A DNA stretch of 64,000 bases. Source: Candidatus Cloacimonadota bacterium. Lineage in GTDB: Bacteria > Cloacimonadota > Cloacimonadia > G963667145. A program made the translations under genes and the position numbers. Of the stretch, positions 18,423-29,055 are shown piece by piece (position 1 is the first letter of the stretch; every line of letters starts with the position of its first letter). The notes beneath the pieces were generated by a model. That model searched no databases. It saw only the letters and a program-made list of their open reading frames with translations, and was not told the origin of the DNA. The stretch covers positions 1,376,001-1,440,000 of the forward strand of contig OY762940.1 in NCBI GenBank assembly GCA_963667255.1, in the 5' to 3' direction.

Positions 18423-20363
18423 CTATTTTTTGTCGTCATCGTCAACGACTTCAAAATCAGCATCAACAGGACCGTTTTCAGATTTTGCATTGTTATCACC
18501 TGCACTTGCATTCTCAGCACCAGCACCAGCGTTTTCATTAGCTTGATTTTTTTGCATTTCCGCCTGCAAAATCTCGCCAATCTTTTGAGCTTTGGCAGCC
18601 AATTCATCACGAGCAGCAGTCACTTCTTCCTTGGACATTGCCTTATCTTTTTTCTCTTTAGCATCCTTAATAGCGTCCTCAATCTTTTTCTTCTCATCGT
18701 CCGCCAATTTGTCGCTATACTCTTTCAAAGATTTTTCCGTAGAGAAAATCAAAGTATCCAACTCGTTCTTCGCATCGATAAGCTCTTTGCGTTTGTCGTC
18801 ATCAGCTTTGTGAGCCTCAGCATCCTTGACCATCTTTTCTATCTCTTCTTCCGAAAGTGAACCCGGTCTCTCAATCTTAATCGATTGCTCTTTGCCAGTT
18901 CCCTTATCTTTGGCGGTAACATGCAAAATTCCGTTGGCATCAATGTCAAAAGTAACTTCGATTTGCGGAACACCTCTTGGTGCAGGTGGAATGCCCACAA
19001 GGTCAAAATTGCCAAGCACTCTATTGTCGGCAGCCATCGGTCTCTCGCCTTGCAACACCTTGATGTTCACGGCAGGTTGATTGTCAGCGGCAGTAGAGAA
19101 AACTTGCGATTTTTTGGTCGGAATAGTCGTGTTTCTCTCGATAAGAGCGGTCATCACACCACCAAGAGTCTCTATACCCAAAGTAAGCGGTGTAACATCC
19201 AAAAGCAAAACATCGTCTACGCTCTCGTCTCCACTGAGGATTCCGCCTTGGATACCAGCTCCCGTAGCTACAACTTCGTCAGGGTTGACAGACTTGTTGG
19301 CTTTTTTCCCAAAATATTTTTCCACAGCCTCTACCACAGCCGGAATACGAGTTGAGCCTCCTACCAAAAGAACCTCGTCAATATCGGAAGTCGATAATTT
19401 GGCATCACTCATAGCTTTGCGACACGGCTCTATGCTTTTGGCAATCAAATCCGCAACCATAGAATCAAACTCCGCTCTATTCAACGACAAATCCAAGTGC
19501 TTGGGACCGGTAGCATCAGCAGTGATGAACGGCAAATTAATAGAAGCAGTTGTTGTCCCAGAAAGTTCAATTTTCGCCTTCTCCGCTGCCTCTTTCAATC
19601 GTTGCATCACAGTCGGGTCGTTACCCAAATCTATACCTTCTTGCTCTTTGAATTTCTTCAAAATCCAAGCTATAATCTTTTGGTCAAAGTCGTCACCACC
19701 AAGGTGAGTATCGCCATTAGTTGACAAAACCTCAATCACTCCATCTGAAATATCCAAGATAGAGATATCAAAAGTTCCACCACCAAGGTCATAAACAGCG
19801 ACCTTTTCCTCTTTTTTGGAGTTCACCCCATAAGCCAAAGCGGCAGCCGTAGGCTCGTTGATAATCCTCTTCACATCCAAACCGGCAATCTTCCCGGCAT
19901 CTTTGGTAGCTTGTCTTTGAGCATCGTTAAAATAAGCTGGAACTGTAATCACAGCTTCGGTCACTTTTTGCCCCAAATAAGACTCGGCGGTCTCTTTCAT
20001 CTTGGTAAGCACCATAGCCGAAATCTCTTGCGGAGTGTAATCCTTATTTTCCACATCAATATGAAAAACCGCTTCGCTCTTGCCTTGCTTTACCTCATAC
20101 GGAACAGTCTTAATCTCTTCGGCAAGTTCGTTCAATTGCCTACCGATAAATCTTTTAGCAGAAAAAATCGTGTTCTTCGGATTGGTCACCGCTTGTCTTT
20201 TCGCCAAAAGTCCCACAAGCCTTTGATTATCCTTAGAAAATCCGACCACGGAAGGAGTAGTTCTGTTACCTTCCGAATTTGTAATAACAACAGGTTTACC
20301 ACCTTCCATCACGGTTACGCATGAGTTAGTGGTTCCCAAATCTATACCTATAATCTTTCCCAT
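18423..20363 (-). CDS. dnaK: Chaperone DnaK
   Basis: [25 protein letters not shown]. Confidence 0.99.
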   Translation of the reverse strand: MGKIIGIDLGTTNSCVTVMEGGKPVVITNSEGNRTTPSVVGFSKDNQRLVGLLAKRQAVTNPKNTIFSAKRFIGRQLNELAEEIKTVPYEVKQGKSEAVFHIDVENKDYTPQEISAMVLTKMKETAESYLGQKVTEAVITVPAYFNDAQRQATKDAGKIAGLDVKRIINEPTAAALAYGVNSKKEEKVAVYDLGGGTFDISILDISDGVIEVLSTNGDTHLGGDDFDQKIIAWILKKFKEQEGIDLGNDPTVMQRLKEAAEKAKIELSGTTTASINLPFITADATGPKHLDLSLNRAEFDSMVADLIAKSIEPCRKAMSDAKLSTSDIDEVLLVGGSTRIPAVVEAVEKYFGKKANKSVNPDEVVATGAGIQGGILSGDESVDDVLLLDVTPLTLGIETLGGVMTALIERNTTIPTKKSQVFSTAADNQPAVNIKVLQGERPMAADNRVLGNFDLVGIPPAPRGVPQIEVTFDIDANGILHVTAKDKGTGKEQSIKIERPGSLSEEEIEKMVKDAEAHKADDDKRKELIDAKNELDTLIFSTEKSLKEYSDKLADDEKKKIEDAIKDAKEKKDKAMSKEEVTAARDELAAKAQKIGEILQAEMQKNQANENAGAGAENASAGDNNAKSENGPVDADFEVVDDDDKK

Positions 20364-20411
20364 AATATCTCTCCTTAAAACTTTTTAATTTTATTTATTA
20401 ATTTATTTTTG

Positions 20412-21563
20412 TTAATACGCAGCGTTCAATATATTTAGCACATCTTCTTGATTCAATTTCATAAATCCTCCTATGGAAGACCGCCCCAACATAGTTCTCT
20501 CAGCCATCAAAGACAAATCTTCTTTTTTAATTCCCACTTGAGCAAGTTTGGCTGGCATACCTATAGATGCAAAGAATTGACCGAGCATCAAAACAAATCG
20601 CAAAGCCAGATCTTTCCCTTCTAAACCAAACAACTCTTTGCCCAAAATCTCAAATTTTTTGACATCGGCACCTTTGGAAATGACATAATTCATCCAAGCT
20701 GGAAAAATAATGGCAAGTCCAACACCATGAGTAATGTCGGAAATAGCGGAAACTCCATGCTCAATCTGGTGACTCGCCCAGTCGGTAACCTTGCCCGCTG
20801 TCAACAATGTGTTCAAAGCCATTGTGGACGACCACATCAGATTTGCCCGAGCCTCATAATTGTCAGGTTTCATCAAGCCAACAGGTGCATATTTCATACA
20901 AGTTTTCAAGATTCCTATGGCAAATTGGTCAGCCACCATCGCATCCGAATTTGCGGAAAAATATTGCTCGAAAACATGTGCCATAATGTCCACCGTGCCG
21001 GCAGCAGTCTGATAAGCATCCACGGAATAAGTAAACTCGGGATTGAGAATAGCAAATTTCGGAAGATGAAGCCGGCTGTAGCTCGGGATTTTCTCCGCTG
21101 TTTCATCATTGGAAATTACCGAATTAATATTGCTTTCTGTGCCAGTAGCCGACAAAGTCAAAACACAGCCAAGAGGAATGGCATTTTCCACTTCCAAGCT
21201 GTCTTTTACCATTTGCCATGGGTCGCCGTCGTAATACACAGCTCTAGCGATACATTTACTGCAATCTATTACACTGCCACCGCCTACAGCCAAGATAAAG
21301 TCTAACCCTTTCTCTTTGATAATCTTAACACCATCTCGCACACTGCTAATCTTCGGATTTGGTGCTATCCCCGACAATTCCGCATAAACAGGACACTCTT
21401 TCCGCAAAACCTTAACAACCTCGTCATACAATCCCATTTTTTTTATACTACCAAATCCATAAGTCAATAGCACTTTCTTTCCTTTGACAAGACTTGCCAA
21501 ATTGTCCAAAGCCTTCTTGCCAAAGAAAATTTCCGTAGGAAGTTGAAATCTAAAATCTACCAC
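20412..21563 (-). CDS. Iron-containing alcohol dehydrogenase (Bdh/YqhD-like)
   Basis: AVGGGSVID, TLSATGTE, HVFEQY, HQIEH...HG metal ligands. Confidence 0.9.
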   Translation of the reverse strand: MVDFRFQLPTEIFFGKKALDNLASLVKGKKVLLTYGFGSIKKMGLYDEVVKVLRKECPVYAELSGIAPNPKISSVRDGVKIIKEKGLDFILAVGGGSVIDCSKCIARAVYYDGDPWQMVKDSLEVENAIPLGCVLTLSATGTESNINSVISNDETAEKIPSYSRLHLPKFAILNPEFTYSVDAYQTAAGTVDIMAHVFEQYFSANSDAMVADQFAIGILKTCMKYAPVGLMKPDNYEARANLMWSSTMALNTLLTAGKVTDWASHQIEHGVSAISDITHGVGLAIIFPAWMNYVISKGADVKKFEILGKELFGLEGKDLALRFVLMLGQFFASIGMPAKLAQVGIKKEDLSLMAERTMLGRSSIGGFMKLNQEDVLNILNAAY

Positions 21564-22156
21564 TATCTCCTCCTTTTTTCAGGAGAACTCAGCTTTTGAG
21601 CCAAATGAGCAATATTTTCTCCCAAATTCTCCATATTCTTCATACCCTCGCCATCGCTTTCCACCTCTCCAATATTGTTGCCCATACCGAAATTCCAGTA
21701 GGTCGAGCCAACCGTAAACATCTGCTGAATTGCAAAAAAGTGGTTCATCATATCCACGGCAGGCAACGCTCCAGCTCTCCTCATAGCGACAATGGAAGCA
21801 CCAATTTTGTGCTTGAGAAGAAATCCATTAGCCCTGCAAACCAAAGCTGCTCTATCCAAAAAAGCCTTCATCTGTGCGGTAATGCCGGCTACATACACCG
21901 GAGAACCGAGAATTATCACATCAGCCTCTGCCATTTTTTCTATCAAACCGTTAATCTTATCATCAGCTATCACACATTTTCTATCTTTATTTTCGGCACA
22001 TTTTCTACATCCAAGACAAACCCTAACCGCACCATTACCAAGCCAAATCTTCTCACAATCAAACCCGCTTTTTTGCAGTGGTTGCAACACCCTATCCAAT
22101 AAAATACTGGTGTTACCATTCTCTCTCGAACTTCCGTTTATTGCCAAAACTTTCAT
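21563..22156 (-). CDS. Iron-sulfur flavoprotein / flavodoxin-family protein
   Basis: NGSSRENGNT, CLGCRKC...C, GSPVY. Confidence 0.88.
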   Translation of the reverse strand: MKVLAINGSSRENGNTSILLDRVLQPLQKSGFDCEKIWLGNGAVRVCLGCRKCAENKDRKCVIADDKINGLIEKMAEADVIILGSPVYVAGITAQMKAFLDRAALVCRANGFLLKHKIGASIVAMRRAGALPAVDMMNHFFAIQQMFTVGSTYWNFGMGNNIGEVESDGEGMKNMENLGENIAHLAQKLSSPEKRRR

Positions 22157-22171
22157 CTTCTCTCCAAAACT

Positions 22172-22804
22172 TTACACTTCTTCTTTCTCTTCTTTTGGTG
22201 CTCCACTGGAGACCAAAACTCTTGCCGGTCTGATGACTTTGTCGTTCATCATATAGCCATTTTGCACAACAGCAGCAATCTTGTTTTCCTCAAAATCAGC
22301 GGACGGCATATGCGATAGAGCTTCGTGAAATTCAGGATTGAAATCTTTTCCCAAACAATCAATCTTGCAAACATCCTCTTTCTTCAAGACATTGCCAAGT
22401 TGGGAAAAAATCATATCCATCCCTTTTTTGAAATCGTCAAATTGATGTTCCTTCACTCCGGACTCGATGGCTCTCTCAAAATTGTCCAAAACCTCACACA
22501 CTTCCAAAACAATTCTCTCCGTCGCCATCTTTATCCATCTTTCTCTTTCTTGGATATTTCTTCGTCTAAAATTCTCAAATTCTGCCAAATTTCTCGCCAA
22601 CTTATCTTTGAGTTTCAAAATTTCCAAATGACTTTCCGCCAATTTCTCTTTGTCAGACAGCTTCTTCACTTTCTTCTTTTCAGTCGTTTTTTCTTGAGAA
22701 TCGTCAGCCTCTTTTTCATTGGAAATTTCCTCATTTAGCTCAGAATCGACAACTTTTTCCGTTTCATCAATCTTATTTTTATCTTTATTTTCTTTATTGC
22801 TCAT
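22172..22804 (-). CDS. grpE: Nucleotide exchange factor GrpE
   Basis: AEFENFRRR, LDNFERA, FNPEFHEA, GY...IRPARV. Confidence 0.96.
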   Translation of the reverse strand: MSNKENKDKNKIDETEKVVDSELNEEISNEKEADDSQEKTTEKKKVKKLSDKEKLAESHLEILKLKDKLARNLAEFENFRRRNIQERERWIKMATERIVLEVCEVLDNFERAIESGVKEHQFDDFKKGMDMIFSQLGNVLKKEDVCKIDCLGKDFNPEFHEALSHMPSADFEENKIAAVVQNGYMMNDKVIRPARVLVSSGAPKEEKEEV

Positions 22805-22834
22805 TTGCCAAAATCTCCCTAAAACAATATCATT

Positions 22835-22861
22835 TTAGCAGTCACATTTAGTGAGTGCCAA
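22835..22861. promoter_or_regulatory. CIRCE (HrcA operator)
   Basis: TTAGCAGTC-N9-GAGTGCCAA versus consensus TTAGCACTC-N9-GAGTGCTAA, 30 bp upstream of grpE. Confidence 0.9.
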
Positions 22862-22892
22862 TTACAAGGTCATTTTTTTACCATTAATAAAG

Positions 22893-22919
22893 TTGTCAAA
22901 CTATTTCTTTGAGTGCTAA
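22893..22919. promoter_or_regulatory. Second, degenerate CIRCE overlapping the -35 TTGACA
   Basis: Minus strand TTAGCACTC-N9-GTTTGACAA; one perfect half-site. Confidence 0.65.
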
Positions 22920-22930
22920 ATTCCCATATA

Positions 22931-22960
22931 AAAAGCCTCCCAAAAAGTTTAGGAGGCTCT
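22931..22960 (-). terminator. Terminator of nifJ
   Basis: AGAGCCTCCTA...TGGGAGGCTTTT. Confidence 0.75.
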
Positions 22961-22976
22961 CTATCGTTGTATAAAT

Positions 22977-25900
22977 CTAGTCGGCTAACTTCTTGTAATG
23001 GTCGTAACGAGCATTCACAAAATCTTGTGCCGCTTTCCAATACTTCTCTGCCTTTTCTTTGTTCATAGCCATCAGAGATGTGTAGCGTTTCTCGTTTTGC
23101 AAGAACTCTTTGACATCTTTTACAGGAGGTTTGCTCTCCAATATGAAAGGATTTTTTCCTTCGGCTGTCAACGCAGGATTGTATCTGTAAAGAGGCCAAT
23201 AACCGGTATCAACTGCCAATTTTTCCTCGGCTTGAGCGTTGCTCATATCGATACCGTGATTGATACAAGGGGAGTAAACGAACAAAATGGATGGTCCGTC
23301 ATAAGCCTCTGCCTCACGCATAGCCTTAATCAACTGATTGCGGTCGGCACCCATAGCACATGAAGCCACATATACATATCCGTAACTCATCATCATTTGA
23401 CCCAAGTCTTTCTTGTTCAGAGGTTTACCTGCTTCTGCAAATTTGGCAATAGCACCTATCGGAGTAGCTTTGGAAGCTTGTCCGCCTGTATTGGAATACA
23501 CCTCGGTGTCCATCACCAAAATATTGATGTTTTTGCCTGTGGCAAGTGCATGGTCCAATCCACCAAAGCCAATGTCATAAGCCCAACCATCTCCACCAAA
23601 AGCCCAAACAGATTTGTCAACAAAGTAATGTTGCAACTCAATAACACGAGACAGACTATCGCTCTTGCTCTCGGAAGGCAAAAGTTCTCTAATCTTAGCA
23701 GCTCTGCTCATAGCATCTTCGTCTTTTGCATCAAAATTAGCCAACGCATCTTTCAGCAATTTAGCAAGTTCACTCGTGCTATCCTCTTGCAAATACGCCT
23801 CAATATTAAATTTCAAATTGGCTCTGTTGGAGTTGACAGCCAATCTAAAACCAAGCCCGTATTCTGCATTATCCTCAAATAGAGAGTTCGCCCAAGCAGG
23901 ACCGTATCCGTCTTTATTCTTGCAATAAGGAATAGACGGGAAAGTTCCGCCCCAAATGGAAGAACAACCGGTAGCATTGGCGATAAGCATTCTGTTGCCG
24001 AAAAGTTGAGTAAGCAATTTCACATACGGAGTCTCGCCACAGCCAGCACAAGCACCAGAGAACTCCAAAAGTGGTTGCTTGAATTGCGAACCTTTGATAG
24101 TGGTAGGAGCGATAACATCTCCGCAAACATCTTCTGGCTTGCTTTGGAAATATTTCAAGTTCTCTCGTTGCACCAACTCTTCTTCGACAGGCTTGAACAC
24201 CAAAGCACCTTTGGGACAAGAGTTAATACAAGCTCCACACTCAAGGCAATCGTCCACAAACACTTGCATTCTGTATTCGTATTTATCGCCATCTTTGCCC
24301 ATAGCAGTGATTGTCGTAAATTCAGCAGGTTTATCAGCCAAACTGTCTTTGGCAATCAACTTGGGACGAATAGCTGCGTGAGGACAAACCAAAGAGCAAG
24401 CGTTACATTGGATACAATTTTCGGCTATCCAACTCGGAACTTGTGCGGCAACACCTCGTTTTTCCATAGCGGCAGTGCCGGAATACATACATCCGTCCAA
24501 AGGCATTTTTGAAACTGGAATCTCATCGCCCTTTTCGTGCATAATCGGTTCGATTACACTCTTGGTAAAGTCATCAGCATCAGCAGGAACCAACCTCTTA
24601 GGCTCAACCCATACACTGGCACTGGCAGGAACATCTATCTGTGTCAACGCCTTGCTTGCCTCGTCCACAGCTTTCCAGTTCATATCCACGACTGCCTGAC
24701 CTTTTTTCTTGAGATAGGTTTTCTTGATAGCCTCTTTTATCAGAGTAATCGCTTCCTCTCTCGGCAAAATCTCGGAAATCGCAAAGAACGCCGCTTGCAT
24801 CACGGTGTTAATCCTACCACCCAAACCGCACTCTCTGGCAATTTTCAACGCATTTACATTATAAAATCTGATTTTCTTCTTTATAATCGTTTCTTGCATA
24901 TCCTTGGTCAATTTGGAAAAAACTTCCTCTTGGCTGAATTGAGAGTTAAGGAGGAAAATTCCACCCTCTTTTATTCCTTCCAAAAGGTCGTATCTGCCTA
25001 TGTAAGCAGGATTATGACAAGCGATAAAATCGGCATTAACAATAAGATACTCCGCCAAAATAGGAGTTTTCCCAAATCTCAAATGACTTCTGGTAACGCC
25101 ACCGGATTTTTTGGAATCGTATTGGAAATAACCTTGAGCATACATATCGGTGTTGTCACCAATAATTTTGATGGAGTTTTTGTTAGCACCAACAGTTCCG
25201 TCTGCTCCAAGTCCCCAAAATTTACAACTAACAGTTCCTTTGGTAAGAGTATTGATATGCTTCTCCACCTTGATGGAAGTCCCGCTCAAATCGTCATCAA
25301 TACCAACAGTAAAGCCGTGTTTCAAACCGTTACCGGCTTTGTCAAAAATAGCGTTAACCATAGAAGGTGTGAACTCTTTGGAAGACAGTCCGTAGCGACC
25401 GCCAACAACCTTGATGTCAGAGCCAACAAGAGCAGCAACAACATCCATATAGAGAGGCTCGCCTATTGACCCCGGCTCTTTCGTTCTATCCAAAGCAACT
25501 ATTTCTTTTACCGTAGATGGCAAAGCATCTTTGAAATGTTTGATGGAGAAAGGACGATACAAACGGATTTTCACGAGTCCGACTTTTTCTCCCTTATCAA
25601 CCAAATAGTTAACGGTCTCTTCCACTGTAGCAGCACCGGAGCCCATACAAATTATTACCTTGGTAGCATCGGGAGCACCTACATAATCAAAAAGTTTATA
25701 GCTTCTTCCTGACAATTTGGCAACTTTATCCATATATTCCAAAACAATTTCCGGCAATTTAGCGTAATAATTGTTAACAGTCTCTCTTCCTTGGAAATAT
25801 ACATCAGGATTTTGTGCAGCAACCTTCACCATCGGCTTTTGAGGGTTTAAAGCCAAACTTCTAAACTCTTTCACATATTTCATCTCCAAGAGACCCTTGA

Positions 25901-26468
25901 TTTCATCGTAATCAAAAACATCTAACTTGGATATTTCGTGAGAGTTGCGGAAACCATCAAAGAAATTGAGGAAAGGAACTCTTCCCTTGAGCGTAGCCAA
26001 GTGCGAAACAACTGCCAAATCCATAATTTCCTGACAGTTAGATGCAGCCATCAGAGCAAATCCTGTATTCCTTGCCGACATTACATCGGAATGGTCTCCG
26101 AAGATAGACAAAGACTGACATGCTAAAGAACGAGCAGAAACATGAAAAACCGTGGGAAGCATCTCGCCGGCAATTTTATGCATATTCGGCAACATCAAAA
26201 GTAGACCTTGTGAGGCGGTAAAAGTAGTGGTAAAAGCTCCAGCAGAAAGTGCCCCATGCACAGCTCCTGCAGCACCGGCTTCCGATTGCATCTCAGTTAC
26301 ATTTAAAATTTGTCCAAAAACATTTTTTCTCCCTTGAGAAGCCCACAAATCCGCATATTGACCCATATCTGATGACGGTGTAATGGGATAAATCGCAGCC
26401 ACATCAGAAAAAGCATAAGCGACATGAGCCGCTGCCATATTTCCATCCATCGTTAATTTTTTCGACAT
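22977..26468 (-). CDS. nifJ: Pyruvate:ferredoxin (flavodoxin) oxidoreductase
   Basis: YPITPS, two ferredoxin motifs, FSGACAGCGE, GGDGWAYDIG. Confidence 0.97.
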   Translation of the reverse strand: MSKKLTMDGNMAAAHVAYAFSDVAAIYPITPSSDMGQYADLWASQGRKNVFGQILNVTEMQSEAGAAGAVHGALSAGAFTTTFTASQGLLLMLPNMHKIAGEMLPTVFHVSARSLACQSLSIFGDHSDVMSARNTGFALMAASNCQEIMDLAVVSHLATLKGRVPFLNFFDGFRNSHEISKLDVFDYDEIKGLLEMKYVKEFRSLALNPQKPMVKVAAQNPDVYFQGRETVNNYYAKLPEIVLEYMDKVAKLSGRSYKLFDYVGAPDATKVIICMGSGAATVEETVNYLVDKGEKVGLVKIRLYRPFSIKHFKDALPSTVKEIVALDRTKEPGSIGEPLYMDVVAALVGSDIKVVGGRYGLSSKEFTPSMVNAIFDKAGNGLKHGFTVGIDDDLSGTSIKVEKHINTLTKGTVSCKFWGLGADGTVGANKNSIKIIGDNTDMYAQGYFQYDSKKSGGVTRSHLRFGKTPILAEYLIVNADFIACHNPAYIGRYDLLEGIKEGGIFLLNSQFSQEEVFSKLTKDMQETIIKKKIRFYNVNALKIARECGLGGRINTVMQAAFFAISEILPREEAITLIKEAIKKTYLKKKGQAVVDMNWKAVDEASKALTQIDVPASASVWVEPKRLVPADADDFTKSVIEPIMHEKGDEIPVSKMPLDGCMYSGTAAMEKRGVAAQVPSWIAENCIQCNACSLVCPHAAIRPKLIAKDSLADKPAEFTTITAMGKDGDKYEYRMQVFVDDCLECGACINSCPKGALVFKPVEEELVQRENLKYFQSKPEDVCGDVIAPTTIKGSQFKQPLLEFSGACAGCGETPYVKLLTQLFGNRMLIANATGCSSIWGGTFPSIPYCKNKDGYGPAWANSLFEDNAEYGLGFRLAVNSNRANLKFNIEAYLQEDSTSELAKLLKDALANFDAKDEDAMSRAAKIRELLPSESKSDSLSRVIELQHYFVDKSVWAFGGDGWAYDIGFGGLDHALATGKNINILVMDTEVYSNTGGQASKATPIGAIAKFAEAGKPLNKKDLGQMMMSYGYVYVASCAMGADRNQLIKAMREAEAYDGPSILFVYSPCINHGIDMSNAQAEEKLAVDTGYWPLYRYNPALTAEGKNPFILESKPPVKDVKEFLQNEKRYTSLMAMNKEKAEKYWKAAQDFVNARYDHYKKLAD

Positions 26469-26529
26469 TATTGTCCTCCTATATTAAAATTCTTCTATAC
26501 ATAAAGCTCAAAATTTAGCCTTGATATTT

Positions 26530-27243
26530 TTATATTGCTTCCTCTCCTAAATAAGCTTTCTTCACATCTTCATTATTCGCAAGCTCTTTACCAGTGCCAT
26601 GCATAGTGACTCTACCAGTTTCCAGCACGAAAGCATAATCAGAAATTTCCAAAGCCGCCTTGGCATTTTGCTCAATTAACAAGACAGTAACACCACCCTC
26701 ATTAATCCTCTGAATAACCTGCAAAATATCTTTTACAATCAAAGGAGCCAATCCAAGACTCGGCTCATCCATCATAATCAACTTCGGCTTAGTCATCAAA
26801 GCCCTACCCACGGCAAGCATCTGTTGTTCCCCTCCGGAGAGAGTTCCCGCCTCTTGCCACTGTCTCTCTTCCAATCTGGGGAAAACCTCAAAAACATACT
26901 TCATTAAATCCAAAATAACGGGCTTGCTTTTAATATTATAAGCACCCATAATCAAATTCTCTTTAACGGACAAATTAGCAAAAACTCTTCGCCCTTCAGG
27001 AACTAAAACCACACCGGATTTGACAATGTCCACAACGCTTTTGCCCAAAATTTCGTTTCCGTCATACACAACACTGCCGCTTCTAGCCTTTTCCAAGCCG
27101 ACAACTGTTCTGAGAGTCGTGGATTTCCCTGCTCCATTTGCTCCGATTAGAGAGATTATTTTGCCCTTGGGCACCTCAAAACTTATACCATCAATAGCTG
27201 TAATACCACCGAAATTCACACTGAGATTTGTAACTTTTAACAT
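26530..27243 (-). CDS. livF: Branched-chain amino acid ABC ATPase
   Basis: GANGAGKS, LSGGEQQM, DEPSLGLAP. Confidence 0.92.
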   Translation of the reverse strand: MLKVTNLSVNFGGITAIDGISFEVPKGKIISLIGANGAGKSTTLRTVVGLEKARSGSVVYDGNEILGKSVVDIVKSGVVLVPEGRRVFANLSVKENLIMGAYNIKSKPVILDLMKYVFEVFPRLEERQWQEAGTLSGGEQQMLAVGRALMTKPKLIMMDEPSLGLAPLIVKDILQVIQRINEGGVTVLLIEQNAKAALEISDYAFVLETGRVTMHGTGKELANNEDVKKAYLGEEAI

Positions 27244-27244
27244 A

Positions 27245-28012
27245 TTAATCAACCCCCAAATAAGCTTCTATCACTTTAGGATTTTTCTGAATTTCACTAG
27301 GAACACCCTTAGCTATCGTTTCCCCGTAATCTATCACATACACTCTATCGCAAACACCCATAACCACCTGCATATGATGCTCTATCAAAAAAATAGTAAC
27401 GCCAAATTTATCCCTAATCTGATGAATAAACTCCATCAATTCAACTGACTCCTGAGGATTCATACCAGCTGCAGGCTCATCCAAAAGCAAAACCTTAGGC
27501 TTGGTAGCCAAAGCTCTGGCAATTTCCAATCTTCTTTGTTTTCCGTAAGGCAAACTCGAAGCCTTATACTCAGCAAACTGCTCTAATCCAACTTCTTTCA
27601 AGAGTAACATCGCATTCTCGAACATTTTACTCTCTTCTGCACGATAACCCTTTGTCCGCAAAATAGAAGCAAAAATATTGGAGCTAATATTCATTTGTTG
27701 GGCGATAAAAACATTTTCCAAAACGCTCATATCATCAAAAAGGCGAATATTTTGAAAAGTTCTAACAACACCCTTTTTCACAATTTCTTCGATTTTCAAA
27801 CCGTCTATTTTTTCTCCGTTCAAGTAAACTTCGCCGTTAGTAGGAAGATACACTCCGGTAATCATATTGAAAATAGTGGTTTTCCCTGCCCCATTAGGAC
27901 CAATCAAACCAACAATCTCCCCCTGTTCAATCTCCATATTGTAAGTATCAACAGCGGTAAGTCCACCGAATTTTATCGTTAAATCTCTGCAACTCAATAT
28001 ACTGCTCATCAT
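27245..28012 (-). CDS. livG: Branched-chain amino acid ABC ATPase
   Basis: GPNGAGKT, RTFQNIRLF, LPYG, DEPAAGMN, VIEAYLG. Confidence 0.92.
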   Translation of the reverse strand: MMSSILSCRDLTIKFGGLTAVDTYNMEIEQGEIVGLIGPNGAGKTTIFNMITGVYLPTNGEVYLNGEKIDGLKIEEIVKKGVVRTFQNIRLFDDMSVLENVFIAQQMNISSNIFASILRTKGYRAEESKMFENAMLLLKEVGLEQFAEYKASSLPYGKQRRLEIARALATKPKVLLLDEPAAGMNPQESVELMEFIHQIRDKFGVTIFLIEHHMQVVMGVCDRVYVIDYGETIAKGVPSEIQKNPKVIEAYLGVD

Positions 28013-29052
28013 TTGCTCCTTTTAAATCTGCTTTTAACAGAGCAAACTTTTTCCCAAGACAACTCTTGCCTTCCCATGATTCCTTTGCGATAAAAAAGAA
28101 TAATAAAAAGTAAAATGGCAGAAAATACCACCATGCGAGTCCCGGGGACACCAGGTATAGTGAACAATCCAAAATTCATCGGAGCATCCAAGAAACGAAG
28201 CCCTTCCAAAGCTATAACAAAAATAATAGAACCTATAATACTTCCGGAAACGCTACCAAGTCCACCCAAAACGATAATCAAAACGATATTAAAAGTAAGA
28301 ATAAACCGGAACATCAAAGGGTCAATAGTTCCGATAAGATGGGCCAAAAGACCACCACCTATTCCCGTGAAAAAAGCCGAGATTACAAAAGCCATCAGCT
28401 TGTATTTCATGACATTAATCCCGACAGCTTTAGCGGCAATTTCGTTTTCCCGAATTGCTTTAAAGGATTTGCCGTAACTTCCTTTTATCAAAAATCCGAT
28501 AACTATCACCGTAAAAACAGCCCAACCCCAGCTCCAATAAATATTGGTATAGTCGGGCAATCCTTTTAACCCCAAAGGTCCGTTAGTTATAGATTGCAAA
28601 TTTGTGAAAACAACTCTGATAATCTCTCCGAAGCCAAGAGTAGCAATAGCCAAATAGTCGTCGGTAAGTTTCAATACTGGAAATCCAATCAAAAAAGCAA
28701 CGAAAGCAGACAAAATTCCGCCTATCAAAAGAGCAACTATAAAAGGTAGCTCCACATTAGCCAAAATCGGAACAATCGGTGTCAAAAAGAAATTCATCTC
28801 TTTAACTTGTGCGGACATAGTCAAAAGAGCACTTGCGTAAGCTCCCAAAGCCATAAATCCTGCTGAGCCCAAAGACAACATCCCGATATAGCCGTTTATC
28901 AAATTTAAACTCACAGCCAAAACTATATAGATAGCACACAGATTAAGGATTCTCACTTGATAAGACCCGAAAATAGATTCGGACAAGGACAAAAACAAGA
29001 TGCCAATTATCACCAACACAATATTCAACTTTAATTTAAGCTTTTTGTCCAT
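28009..29052 (-). CDS. livM: Branched-chain amino acid ABC permease
   Basis: DYLAIATLGFGEI, AIRENEIAA. Confidence 0.9.
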   Translation of the reverse strand: MDKKLKLKLNIVLVIIGILFLSLSESIFGSYQVRILNLCAIYIVLAVSLNLINGYIGMLSLGSAGFMALGAYASALLTMSAQVKEMNFFLTPIVPILANVELPFIVALLIGGILSAFVAFLIGFPVLKLTDDYLAIATLGFGEIIRVVFTNLQSITNGPLGLKGLPDYTNIYWSWGWAVFTVIVIGFLIKGSYGKSFKAIRENEIAAKAVGINVMKYKLMAFVISAFFTGIGGGLLAHLIGTIDPLMFRFILTFNIVLIIVLGGLGSVSGSIIGSIIFVIALEGLRFLDAPMNFGLFTIPGVPGTRMVVFSAILLFIILFYRKGIMGRQELSWEKVCSVKSRFKRSK

Positions 29053-29055
29053 AAT

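Noticed and set aside
24537..25469. Long plus-strand ORFs opposite nifJ (also opposite secA, gatA, metF and others)
   Set aside because: Antisense shadows of well-supported minus-strand genes.
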